From the IMG/VR virus record IMGVR_UViG_3300018080_000098, positions 248,001 to 312,000 of that record: DNA of 64,000 bases; one strand, written 5' to 3'. How positions within the stretch are numbered: position 1 is the first letter of the stretch; each line of letters opens with the position of its first letter. Of this stretch, positions 28,374 through 37,860 are shown in pieces. The notes beneath the pieces were generated by a model. The model saw only the letters and a list, made by a program, of their open reading frames with translations, was not told the DNA's origin and ran no database searches. Position numbers and translations under genes: made by a program.

Positions 28374-30074
28374 ATGCCAACCAAGCAAGCGACACGAACG
28401 TATCGGGATTTGAAGGGTCGTACGACCCAGAAGTCTCGGGTGCATCGGTCTGATCGCATCCCAGGAGATCAATTCGATGCCGATAGAGCGCTAGACGAAG
28501 GCTACCTCAACATTGAGGAGGGGGCGGACTTCGATGTAGCGGAAGAGGTAGATCCCTCGGAGGTGGAAATTGTCACTGAACAAATTCCGCCTCGAGCGGA
28601 CGAACCGGAAATGCCTGGAGAAGAGCTGCCCCCACCTGAGGAGGGTTACCAAGAAACAAGTGAAGAGGAGCAAGAGGAAATGCCGTACGAAGAGGGAATG
28701 GAAGTAAAGGAAGAGGACATCGAAGAGGCTTACTACGGGGACGAGAAGCCGAAGGAGCTCTACGAGGAGCCCGAGAAAGAGGTAGAGGAAGCCTGTGGCA
28801 GTCCCATGAAGGAGGATGCTGCGATGTTGAAGCGTTCCGAAGGTAGTTTTGCAGACCGTCTTCGTATGGCGATGGAGCCCGCTGAAGAGGAGCTGGTGGG
28901 TGAGCTCGGTGAGGAAGTGGCTCTCGAGGAGCCGATGCCGACCGAGGGGCCGTGCCCTGCAGGTTGTGAGCCGGTGACAACGGAGGAGACTCCTCCGGAG
29001 GGCGCCGAGGACGAGGGTATTCTCGAGGTGGGTGAGGATGAGGTGACCTTCCTCGAAGAGGAGCCAAAGGAAGCGGCTAGTGAGGAAGTGACCGCTGATT
29101 CCGAAGATGTAACTCCGGAAGAGGTGATCACGGAGCCCATCCCTGAACCTGAAGAGCCGACCGAGGAAGTAACGGCGGATGTCGAGGAAACCTATGCTGC
29201 CGAAGAGGCACTCTACGAGACTCTGGGCAACATCGAAACGTTGGCAGACGTTTCCGCAGAAAACGTAGACCTTTTCCGCACCAACGAGGAGACAGAGAAC
29301 CCTCAGTACGTGGTGATGGTGGATGGTGACCCGGTGGCGAAGGTGGCGTTCGAGGACCAGCCTGAGGGGGTTCTGTCCGAGATGTTCACGGATGACGACT
29401 ACCCGCAGTACGTGTTGGAGAACATGCAATCCTTCGGTGTGAAGGAGACGCTGCAGCACGTGCACGCTCGCTACTATGTAGCCAGCGCCATGTCTGGTGA
29501 GGTTGCTCAGCAGATGCGAACGGCTGCCGTTGAGGACATGCAAGTCGAGCACAAGCAGCGGTTGGCTGAGATGAAAGACCAGCTGATCAACGTGGCCAAC
29601 ATCGTCGTCGAGGGCTCGCTCAAGAACTACATCACCGACAACCCGCTGCGCGACGCGCTGGTTCAGGGTATGCAGACGGTGAACGTAGACGAGAATGCGG
29701 CTCTGGACATCGTTGAGGCAGCGTTCCGGCAGAAGGGCAGCGACTTCTTCCGTGCCATCATCAAGAAGGCCGAGGAGTGGATGGGAGCTCCGCAGGAGGT
29801 GTTGGAGCACCACGTGAAGGAGATCTCCCAGATGGACTACCGTCATCCTGGGTACGTACGGGAGATTCCGGAGGAGATTCCGGAGGAGCAGGTGGTCGCG
29901 CACATCGAGCAGGTTCCTGCCAGCGTACCACTTCGCACGGTAGCTTCGGCCTCTCCGGCGCCGCGTCCACAGGCGCAGGCGGGGCAGTGGGACAAGGAAG
30001 CAATCAAGCGTGAGCTCAACCTGCATCAGAACCTGGTGCAGAAGTCCCTCACGAACCGCGGTGGTCCCCGCTAG
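28374..30074 (+). CDS. acidic scaffold-like head assembly protein
   Basis: Very Glu-rich low-complexity N-terminal half, helical C-terminal half; directly before the protease. Confidence 0.55.
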   Translation: MPTKQATRTYRDLKGRTTQKSRVHRSDRIPGDQFDADRALDEGYLNIEEGADFDVAEEVDPSEVEIVTEQIPPRADEPEMPGEELPPPEEGYQETSEEEQEEMPYEEGMEVKEEDIEEAYYGDEKPKELYEEPEKEVEEACGSPMKEDAAMLKRSEGSFADRLRMAMEPAEEELVGELGEEVALEEPMPTEGPCPAGCEPVTTEETPPEGAEDEGILEVGEDEVTFLEEEPKEAASEEVTADSEDVTPEEVITEPIPEPEEPTEEVTADVEETYAAEEALYETLGNIETLADVSAENVDLFRTNEETENPQYVVMVDGDPVAKVAFEDQPEGVLSEMFTDDDYPQYVLENMQSFGVKETLQHVHARYYVASAMSGEVAQQMRTAAVEDMQVEHKQRLAEMKDQLINVANIVVEGSLKNYITDNPLRDALVQGMQTVNVDENAALDIVEAAFRQKGSDFFRAIIKKAEEWMGAPQEVLEHHVKEISQMDYRHPGYVREIPEEIPEEQVVAHIEQVPASVPLRTVASASPAPRPQAQAGQWDKEAIKRELNLHQNLVQKSLTNRGGPR

Positions 30075-30087
30075 TTCCTGTTAGGAA

Positions 30088-30966
30088 GTGCTTTGCACAC
30101 GGAGGCAGGAGGGAAACTTCCTGTCTCCTTTGGAAGGCATTTTTCATCCTTTCCGTGTGAGCGTGCCCATGTTCTCAAACCCCGACATTGTAGCAGCTGG
30201 TCCCGGTCTTCACGTGGGGGAGCCTTGCCTTTCCCAGCAGTTCACTGGGAAGGGTTTTATCAACGAGCCTGCGATTATCGAGGGGCGCACCCTTGACGTT
30301 CATCAAGCAGGAAAGAGTCTTCGAGTAGCGAGCCACGAGCTCGAGAAGGTGGGGAACTGCGCTTGCGGTTTTCTGGACATTTCGTGGCTTCCCTTCGCTG
30401 CTGAGCAGTACCATCTGAGTCCCAACATCTCCGACTACGTTTTAGTAGACGTCCCCATCGTCGTGGCGGATTTTCCGAACCGGAACATGGATTCGTTTTC
30501 ATACGACCAGCTTACGGATTGGCGCACACCTATTGGTCGAGTAGCTTTTCAGACCTTCATTGGAAAGCCGGTTCACCAGGACCACGACAACATGGATGAC
30601 ACCCGAGCGAAGGGTGTGATATTCGATGCTACGCTGTTGCCCTTCCGTGACCGCTGGCACGTGAAAATACTGAAGGGGTTTGACCGGTCTAAGGATGCAC
30701 GTTTAGCTCGGTTGGTTCAGGAGAAGAACCGTATCGGGCACAGCATGGGTGCGTTGGTGGAGCGTACAGAATGTTCGTTGCCGTGGTGCAAGTTCCACAG
30801 TGATGGGCGTATCACGTGTGATCACATTCGGAACGGTGCTGGCAAAGCGGACGTTATCGACAAGCATCTGGTCTACGAGAACATGATGGACTTCTACTTC
30901 GTGGAGTCGTCCAGTGTGGAAGACCCGGCGTACGTTGTGGCGTTGTCGGACAAGATTTGGGCTTAG
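30088..30966 (+). CDS. prohead protease-like protein
   Basis: PNRNMDSF, TFIGKPVHQDH, GVIFDA, SMGA..CS, E.S.VEDPA; start may be 30169. Confidence 0.7.
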   Translation: MLCTRRQEGNFLSPLEGIFHPFRVSVPMFSNPDIVAAGPGLHVGEPCLSQQFTGKGFINEPAIIEGRTLDVHQAGKSLRVASHELEKVGNCACGFLDISWLPFAAEQYHLSPNISDYVLVDVPIVVADFPNRNMDSFSYDQLTDWRTPIGRVAFQTFIGKPVHQDHDNMDDTRAKGVIFDATLLPFRDRWHVKILKGFDRSKDARLARLVQEKNRIGHSMGALVERTECSLPWCKFHSDGRITCDHIRNGAGKADVIDKHLVYENMMDFYFVESSSVEDPAYVVALSDKIWA

Positions 30967-30980
30967 AAAGGGAGCGATTG

Positions 30981-31799
30981 ATGGGCAACAACAGTCCTCC
31001 GTACGAAGTGGCATACAAGGGTGTACTTTACCGGTTACGTCAAGCGGGTGGCCTTGGTGCTACTGGCGAAAACGATTTTACGATCGTTCGGAAGGAATAC
31101 CCCTCAGACACCCGTGAGCTCCGCTACTCTGGCGGGGCTTTTATTCTTGAGCTCACGCTGAAGTGGGGTTTTGCACCAGGGGCGACCGCGGACTTTTCGG
31201 TCACCCTCCCGGAAGAGGATGCAAAGTTAACATTCGGAGCGATGGTAGCGGATGGCGGTGTGGTGAGTGAGGAGTACAAGCGACTCGTAGAAGGAGGAGA
31301 CGCACCAGGTCCAGTAGCCAAGCTGACGCAGAAAGCCCTTCCAGCACCAGAACAGAAGCAGTTGACAGCTGCAGCATCAATAGGGAAGCGTGTAACGGCC
31401 TTACTACGCTGGCCAGGAGGCGACCCGTTATTGCGTACACCACCCCCGCAAGAAGTCGCAAAGGTAGTCTTCCATCTATGTAATCCATCGGAAGGGTTTC
31501 TACTTGGTGGTGTAGACTACGGTAGGGTGCCCAGTGGTTTAGTGGAGCAGTTTGGCCAGCAGCTTCAGATTGAGCTCATGCAGCGTTTTCCGGGTGCAAC
31601 TATTGACACTCGGGTGGTTTCTCAATCGGACCCTCACTGCGGATATCCTATTGTACTGAACAAGAACAACGTGCCATTGAAGACGTACGGGGAAGGGTTG
31701 GACAAGGTGAGCTACGAGAGGGAGCTCTCTCACATGGCTCTCGACATCTGGCGCGAGTACTACAGAAAGTATCAAGACCAAGCCCGTGGTGGTGAGTAG
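30981..31799 (+). CDS. hypothetical head-associated protein with YKG motif
   Basis: PYEVAYKGVLYRL. Confidence 0.6.
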   Translation: MGNNSPPYEVAYKGVLYRLRQAGGLGATGENDFTIVRKEYPSDTRELRYSGGAFILELTLKWGFAPGATADFSVTLPEEDAKLTFGAMVADGGVVSEEYKRLVEGGDAPGPVAKLTQKALPAPEQKQLTAAASIGKRVTALLRWPGGDPLLRTPPPQEVAKVVFHLCNPSEGFLLGGVDYGRVPSGLVEQFGQQLQIELMQRFPGATIDTRVVSQSDPHCGYPIVLNKNNVPLKTYGEGLDKVSYERELSHMALDIWREYYRKYQDQARGGE

Positions 31800-31808
31800 G
31801 AGCATCTG

Positions 31809-32513
31809 ATGGCGAAGATCAAGATTCAGTCCAAGTACGCAGTGTACAAGATGGTCACAGCCAAGAAGGAAGACCGTCGACCAGGTGCCATTCCTGAGCA
31901 TCTTCGTTCTCGGATGTCCGACTTGCTGGCGAGCTACTTTTCTCAGGTGGGTGAGGAGCTCTACGATAGAGTGATGGCGGAAGTCACCGACAGTGTACAG
32001 AAGACTTTTGCTACGGGCGTGAAAGAGTTAGGGGATCTGGTAAAGACGAAGTTGGGCGAGCTAGGGTTCAAGGAATCGGTGCGTCACGTTCAACCGTGGT
32101 TACAGTCTATTGTAACAGACGTTAGCAATGAGGGTGTTCCAGCGCTTACTTCTTCGTTGAACAACATCGCCAGCCAGTTTTCTGTAGACTACTCGGCTGG
32201 TGGTGATACAGTAAGTGAGGAGGAGGGTGAGGAGCTGCTCGAGGTTGAGGCGCCGAAACCGACGGAGCCTGCAGCAGAAGAAGCTCCTGCTGAAGAGGAT
32301 GCTACGAAAGAGGACCTGACCGCCATTCTGGAAGGGAAGGAGCCCGCTCCCGCTGGTGGAGAAGAGCAACAGGAGGCTGCCGCTTCCACGGTGGGAGACG
32401 TGAAGCGTCGTTTGCGCAAGATGCGGTCGGAGCGTAGAGTGGAAGCTGCTGGAGAAACTCGAGAGGAGCTACTGCGAAAAGCTGCGGTTCACCTCAAGAC
32501 CCTATCGGAGTAA
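31809..32513 (+). CDS. hypothetical protein
   Basis: ORF with AGGAG RBS. Confidence 0.6.
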   Translation: MAKIKIQSKYAVYKMVTAKKEDRRPGAIPEHLRSRMSDLLASYFSQVGEELYDRVMAEVTDSVQKTFATGVKELGDLVKTKLGELGFKESVRHVQPWLQSIVTDVSNEGVPALTSSLNNIASQFSVDYSAGGDTVSEEEGEELLEVEAPKPTEPAAEEAPAEEDATKEDLTAILEGKEPAPAGGEEQQEAAASTVGDVKRRLRKMRSERRVEAAGETREELLRKAAVHLKTLSE

Positions 32514-32516
32514 CTG

Positions 32517-33152
32517 ATGGCTGAACCCGCACGCAGAGGTCCGCCTCCCATTCCGAAAGAAGAGGGCCCTCCTCCTACCCCACAGGAGCGCGCGAAGGCG
32601 CAGCGTACTGTGCTGGAGTTCATGCGTCCTGCATTGGATGAGGTAGCTGAGCTTGCTTTAGCAGCGAAGAAGACGCGGGATGATTTCCACTCTCGTCGGA
32701 ATCGGTTGTTGGAAGTAACAAAGCTTCTCGCTTCCTTCCACAAGAAAAATCCGCGTGAATTTCAAGCTGCGATGGGCTACCTGAAAAAAGGTAACGAAGC
32801 GTGGATGGCGTTGGACGACGCCGTCATGAAAAACGCGACAGAGATTTTTCAGTCGTTCAACAAACTGTACGCGGAGCTCAACACTTTTTTAGAGGACCGT
32901 GCGCCCGCGAAGAAGCTTTCTCCTGAAGAGAGGATGCCCCCTGAGACGCCGCGAAAAACTCTCGAGATGCTGCTTGTGAAAGAAGAGGGCATGGACCCTG
33001 AGCAGGCCAAAGAGACTGTGCGGCATATGAGTGATGAGCAGATAAGCAAGATCATCCCTGCGGGTGAGTTGTTCCCGCCCCGCATCGTCCAGTTCCGTGG
33101 AAAGATGTATCGTCGTGCGTCGGTCGGGACGTTGTTGAAGCGTACGTGGTAA
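32517..33152 (+). CDS. hypothetical protein with C-terminal YKG-type motif
   Basis: PRIVQFRGKMYRRA. Confidence 0.6.
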   Translation: MAEPARRGPPPIPKEEGPPPTPQERAKAQRTVLEFMRPALDEVAELALAAKKTRDDFHSRRNRLLEVTKLLASFHKKNPREFQAAMGYLKKGNEAWMALDDAVMKNATEIFQSFNKLYAELNTFLEDRAPAKKLSPEERMPPETPRKTLEMLLVKEEGMDPEQAKETVRHMSDEQISKIIPAGELFPPRIVQFRGKMYRRASVGTLLKRTW

Positions 33153-33703
33153 CAATGGACCTCGTTTTTTCCAGACCCGATTTCGAGCGTTTACTTCCAG
33201 ACTTGCTACAGCTGTGGCCCGAAAGTGGGGAGTGGCACCCGGATGCTGAAGCACAGGTGCTCAAGCTTTCAGTGGCAAGTCGGCAGCGCCACGAAGCTTC
33301 TGGTGACGAGCTTGATCTCGTTTGCGTGAGCACAACCATCAGTAAAGCTCAGTTGTCGGAGGTGGGAGGTCGCATAGCGGCAGTTCGGTCGGTCCCATGG
33401 AAATATCGTCGTTTCTTTGAGAAGGGTCGACCTTCTTTGCGCGCGGCTCTCAAGCTGCGTCCAGGAATGATGCTGCCTATCACCATCAACCGGGTGGATA
33501 CTACAGCTCGAGTGAACACGGTACGTCGTCTTCGGAAGGGTGGGAAGCCCCACTTTCTGAAAATGGATATCACTTTGGACACCAAGCACCTACCAGTAAT
33601 CCTGGAGCGGGAAACGAAGTGCAACTGTCTCTACTGTGGCACACCGGCAACGAGTGATGAAGTAAACTGTAGGGGGTGCGGTGCGCCGCTGCCCGCGTGC
33701 TGA
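33146..33703 (+). CDS. hypothetical protein with C-terminal zinc ribbon
   Basis: CLYCG..CRGCGAPL. Confidence 0.6.
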   Translation: MVTMDLVFSRPDFERLLPDLLQLWPESGEWHPDAEAQVLKLSVASRQRHEASGDELDLVCVSTTISKAQLSEVGGRIAAVRSVPWKYRRFFEKGRPSLRAALKLRPGMMLPITINRVDTTARVNTVRRLRKGGKPHFLKMDITLDTKHLPVILERETKCNCLYCGTPATSDEVNCRGCGAPLPAC

Positions 33704-33714
33704 CTGAGGTAACA

Positions 33715-34305
33715 ATGAGTCGAAGAAAATCCATTTACAAAGAGCAGCCGAAATCGATTCTCTACATGGGGCAGCACTACGTGTTGGCTGCGGAGGGTGA
33801 TCCGGAACCTTTGGAAGAGGTTCCAGAGGAAGCTCCTGTTGAGGAGGAGCCTCCGAAGAAAAAGCGGTCTTCTGCTGCGCGTGTCCGGATTGATGAGTGC
33901 AAGGGTAACAGTGTCACATTTGAAGTGATGGCACTCGTGCACAGTTACGACGGCAGTGGTATTCCTGGTCTACCGGATGCGGATGGCCAGGTACGGAAGC
34001 GGAGCTACAAGGTCAAGCAGATCTCGAGTTTGAAGGCTATTCCAAAGGATGTGCTTTCGATGATCCAGGCGGATGGGAACGGGGACGCCGTGATGGACCG
34101 CATCGAGAAGCTGCTTCGCGTGCGCCCCTCTCCTCCGCTCTACTTCATCCGCGCTACGGGTGGATGGAACTGGAGCAAGCGTAACGGAGACAAGGGGGTA
34201 GCAGAGATTCAGCGGTTGCTGGAGTACCTACGGGGCCGTCGGGCGATTCTGTTTTCTTACTGCAACAACAAAATCGACTACGGGAGTAACCCTGGTCTGA
34301 TTTAG
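33715..34305 (+). CDS. hypothetical protein with YKG-type motif
   Basis: PKSILYMGQHYVLAA. Confidence 0.6.
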   Translation: MSRRKSIYKEQPKSILYMGQHYVLAAEGDPEPLEEVPEEAPVEEEPPKKKRSSAARVRIDECKGNSVTFEVMALVHSYDGSGIPGLPDADGQVRKRSYKVKQISSLKAIPKDVLSMIQADGNGDAVMDRIEKLLRVRPSPPLYFIRATGGWNWSKRNGDKGVAEIQRLLEYLRGRRAILFSYCNNKIDYGSNPGLI

Positions 34306-34310
34306 TAGCT

Positions 34311-35462
34311 ATGCCAAGGCGTCTGCGAAAAACAGCCCAGCGCGCCTTTGCTGTTGGCGCACTGGACGAGGCAGTTCTGGAGCGTCTTTACGACGAATGG
34401 GACGCCGAGGACTATGATGGGATGCTCCTCTTTTTAGACGAGTGGGCGCCCATGATTACCTTTGAGACCGCGAAAGAGCTGATAATGGATTTCGGGCTGG
34501 AGGACGAGCTCGGGGACCCGGCGACGTTGGAGAACCGCTACGAACACGTGGACGACGTTTTCTACGATATCGAGGACGCGTTGAACCGTGGAGACATTCG
34601 AGCGTTGAATCGGGACAGCAAACTAGCAAAGGTGGGTGGTCCTGAGTACGCAGCTGGTCGTGACGGGCTTCGGTTCGGTTTGATTTTTCATGCTTCCAGT
34701 GCGGACCTGGAAGGATTGCGTGCGCGCTTTCCCAAGCCTGTTGGTGAGGAGGATGTGGAGCCGGTTCAGCCAACGGAGAAGTCTGAGGACGAAGCCATGG
34801 CAGAAGAGATAGAAGAAGCTGGTCGGGAAGTGGAGGAGCAGCTGGGAGAGAAGGCGGCTTCAGTGACTGCGGCTGCTCCCCCTTATCCTGAGGAGTGGTG
34901 TGCGCAGAAGGCTATTAGTCTGATCAAGTCTGTAGATTTCGGTCATCCTGGTGATTCTGGGATAGTAGCGCTCGAGCAAGCGGACCATTTGTTGGTGAGC
35001 TGTGAGATGCCGAACAGTAATTTGAAGATGGCGATCCGGTATTTTTTAACGGACCGTGAGCGCGCCCGGCAGCACATCTATGGTACGGAGAGTGGATCTG
35101 ATCAAGGAGCTCTAGCTGAGCTGCTCGGGCTGGTTTCGTTGCCGGTGGCCGCGGGAGTATCTCGTTTTGTGACTTACCGTGGGGCGATGTACGAGCTGGT
35201 GCCTTCTGGAGTGGAGGAAGTTCGTGAGGCGTATCATTTGCCTCCGGGGAAGATGAAGGGTGTGAAGCCTTGCACACCGAAGGACCAGACGGACAAGAAG
35301 TCTAAGGGTGAGCAGGTATGGTGTGTATTTGACAGTCATGGGAATCTGCGCGCTCGCTACAAGACGGAGAAGAAAGCGAAGCAGTACAAGGTTTTCATGA
35401 TCAATAGGTACTGGTCCTCTGGTAAGGGTAAGAAGAGGAAGGACCGACCCACGAACAAGTAG
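34311..35462 (+). CDS. hypothetical protein with YKG-type motif
   Basis: FVTYRGAMYELV. Confidence 0.6.
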   Translation: MPRRLRKTAQRAFAVGALDEAVLERLYDEWDAEDYDGMLLFLDEWAPMITFETAKELIMDFGLEDELGDPATLENRYEHVDDVFYDIEDALNRGDIRALNRDSKLAKVGGPEYAAGRDGLRFGLIFHASSADLEGLRARFPKPVGEEDVEPVQPTEKSEDEAMAEEIEEAGREVEEQLGEKAASVTAAAPPYPEEWCAQKAISLIKSVDFGHPGDSGIVALEQADHLLVSCEMPNSNLKMAIRYFLTDRERARQHIYGTESGSDQGALAELLGLVSLPVAAGVSRFVTYRGAMYELVPSGVEEVREAYHLPPGKMKGVKPCTPKDQTDKKSKGEQVWCVFDSHGNLRARYKTEKKAKQYKVFMINRYWSSGKGKKRKDRPTNK

Positions 35463-35568
35463 TGGACGTTCTACGTTTGCGGAGCGGGAAACTACTTATT
35501 CTATACTGAGAAAACTGAGCAGCAACATTACCCCTTCGCTCAGTATCCCACAAAAATTATTGGAAAGT

Positions 35569-35745
35569 GCAGCGTGACACATCACAACGCGGGCACGAGT
35601 GCTTTGTCAGAGATTCACGAGCAATATTACTCGGTGTGACATTAAACTGAATCTCAGTTGGACGAAGCGGCAGCATTACCCCCGTGATAAGTGTGACGCA
35701 CTCGTGCCCTCTCGGAGAACGGGATGTCACAGTGTGTGACGCTGC
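35569..35745 (+). ncRNA. structured leader or ncRNA upstream of the capsid operon
   Basis: Nested inverted repeats 35569-35581/35733-35745, 35591-35602/35698-35709, 35610-35617/35648-35655. Confidence 0.5.
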
Positions 35746-35787
35746 GAGTTGTAAACAGCGGTAAACGTATTTCATGGAGGATAGAAA

Positions 35788-36573
35788 ATGCCGCTTCTTC
35801 CAAACGCGTCTGTAAAGACCAAATACGATTTTACGCGGTCGCGCTTCGAGTGGAAACGTCAGTTCGAGGTTTCCCCGACCACGAATATCGTAGAGGAAGG
35901 CAGTGTACTCACACGTCTCCCCGGTCCCGCGGGCAACGAGGTGGTTCAGTTGGGCCACGCTGGTGCCATGGCGGCTGGAGAGCGTCCAGTGGGTCTCTCA
36001 CTGCAATCTCGCATCACTGCGAACACCTTCGCGGATGTGCGCAACTACACGGTTCCGGCGGCGCCGGGTCCGTACACCATTCAGCTTCCGCACGCTGGTC
36101 TGATCGACCTCGGTGCTCTTACAGCTGAGGCATACGTGTGGGACTACGACGCAGGTCCGCCTGCGGCGCTGACCGTCATCCCTCACGTCGCGCCCCCGGC
36201 TCCCCTTGCAGGCCAGGTGGACATCGATCCCGTAACGGGGTTGATGACCTTCAACGCCGCTGAGGCTGGCCACAACATCGATATTACATATCGGTGGAAC
36301 CTGACCGCTATCGAGCGGGATCTGATTCTGCGCCAGAGCCACGTCAACCGTGGTGCTGAGGACCAGTTTGGTCTGATGACGGTTGGCTACGGCGACTGCG
36401 TGGTCTACACGAGCATGTACGAGTGCGACCAGGCGTACACGGTCGGCGCGCAGCTGACTCTGGGTGCTAACGGTCTGTTCACTCTGGGTGGCGCGACAAA
36501 CTTCGGTATGGTCGTGTCTGTACCTTCGCCGGGTGACCCCTACCTTGGCGTCGAGTACATCAGCCCGAGCTAA
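35788..36573 (+). CDS. head decoration or minor capsid protein
   Basis: Directly upstream of the MCP; Gly/Ala/Pro-rich beta composition; GGAGG RBS. Confidence 0.55.
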   Translation: MPLLPNASVKTKYDFTRSRFEWKRQFEVSPTTNIVEEGSVLTRLPGPAGNEVVQLGHAGAMAAGERPVGLSLQSRITANTFADVRNYTVPAAPGPYTIQLPHAGLIDLGALTAEAYVWDYDAGPPAALTVIPHVAPPAPLAGQVDIDPVTGLMTFNAAEAGHNIDITYRWNLTAIERDLILRQSHVNRGAEDQFGLMTVGYGDCVVYTSMYECDQAYTVGAQLTLGANGLFTLGGATNFGMVVSVPSPGDPYLGVEYISPS

Positions 36574-36599
36574 CCCGAAACTGAAGAGAGGAGAAAAAC

Positions 36600-37736
36600 A
36601 TGTCTCAAGTGTTTTCAGGAAAAGCTGCTCTTCGGGATCGGAAGGGCAACGACATCGCACGGGGACCCGCCTTCAAGGCAATGCCTCGCACAGGCAGCAT
36701 CAGCTATTCGGAGACGACTCCGATGGTGGATGCGTCGGGAACCTACAACCAGCCCAGCGTGCGTGGGCTCATCGAGCAGATGGATGCCATCGTGAAGCTG
36801 GCGCGTGCGGGTGAAATCCGCAGCGACGCTCCGGCCACGACTGGTCCGTCTGCGTGGGACCAGCAGGGTCACTTCGTCCGGACGGCGCTCGCGGAGCAGC
36901 GTCCGGTCGAGGGTGGTCCGTTCCAGGTCCTGGGTGAAGTGTTCACGGACTCCGTGGCTGAGACCATGGGTCGCATGGGCTTCACCAACAAGGTGTTCGC
37001 TCAGCAGGATGTTGCTGAGGGTGGCACCGCCCGTATTCGTATCCGTCAGAAGGACGTCACCACGTGGCTGATGCTGTCGGACGGACACACGGTCGAGTCT
37101 CTCATCCGCCAGAAGTACATCTACCCTCGGGGCTACAACCTCGAGACGTTGGTGCTGATGGAGGAGGCGGAGATTCATGAGGCTGGCGCGCAGATCATCG
37201 AGGAGAAATACAACGACGCCCTCGAGGCGACGATGGTTCGTGATGACAACATCACGAAGTTCCTCCTGGATCAGGCTGCTCCCACTGACAACGACGTCAT
37301 CGCGTTCAACGCGTTCACGCCTCAGGTCTTTGTTACGCTGCGTAACCAGATCTGGCAGTGGAGCCTCCCTGTCCCCCACGCCCTGATGGCCGTGGACCTG
37401 TGGGACGACCTGTTCGCGGATGCGGACTGGGCACGGTGGTACTCGCCCATCGAGAAGCACGAGTTGGCCGTAGAAGGCAAGCTCGGTCGCCTCGGTGACA
37501 TCGAGCTCATCACCGACGGATTCCGCTACGACACCTTGCAGGTTCTGCAACCTGGCGAGGTGTACTTCCTGTCCTCGCCCTCGACCCTCGGTGTCAAGGC
37601 GAACATGATCGCGCTGAACAGCAGCGTGGTGGACCAGCGCATGCTCGGCCGGGCCGTGCGTGGGTGGTTCATCTTCCTGCGTCAGGCGAGCGTGCTCGGC
37701 AACAGCCGCGGCGTCTCCAAGGGTGTGCGGCTCTAG
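36600..37736 (+). CDS. major capsid protein (HK97-fold predicted)
   Basis: 378 aa, strong codon bias, follows the decoration gene and precedes a strong terminator; G.LG.LG.IELITD motif. Confidence 0.75.
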   Translation: MSQVFSGKAALRDRKGNDIARGPAFKAMPRTGSISYSETTPMVDASGTYNQPSVRGLIEQMDAIVKLARAGEIRSDAPATTGPSAWDQQGHFVRTALAEQRPVEGGPFQVLGEVFTDSVAETMGRMGFTNKVFAQQDVAEGGTARIRIRQKDVTTWLMLSDGHTVESLIRQKYIYPRGYNLETLVLMEEAEIHEAGAQIIEEKYNDALEATMVRDDNITKFLLDQAAPTDNDVIAFNAFTPQVFVTLRNQIWQWSLPVPHALMAVDLWDDLFADADWARWYSPIEKHELAVEGKLGRLGDIELITDGFRYDTLQVLQPGEVYFLSSPSTLGVKANMIALNSSVVDQRMLGRAVRGWFIFLRQASVLGNSRGVSKGVRL

Positions 37737-37756
37737 TAGCTAGGCATCCACCTGTA

Positions 37757-37790
37757 CCCCCGGGAGGCGGATACCTCCCGGGGGTCTTTT
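37757..37790 (+). terminator. intrinsic terminator
   Basis: CCCCCGGGAGG-CGGATA-CCTCCCGGGGG then TCTTTT. Confidence 0.8.
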
Positions 37791-37860
37791 CACGTCTTGG
37801 GTTGTTCAATCAGTTTCTATCGGGGATTGATTCGACAGTCCAATTCAGGAGCTCCCAGTC

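Noticed and set aside
28491-37550. Long antisense ORFs such as 28491..30026, 35998..36660 and 36615..37550 (also 3652..4641 and 5072..6070)
   Set aside because: Shadow frames produced by the codon bias of the real + strand genes
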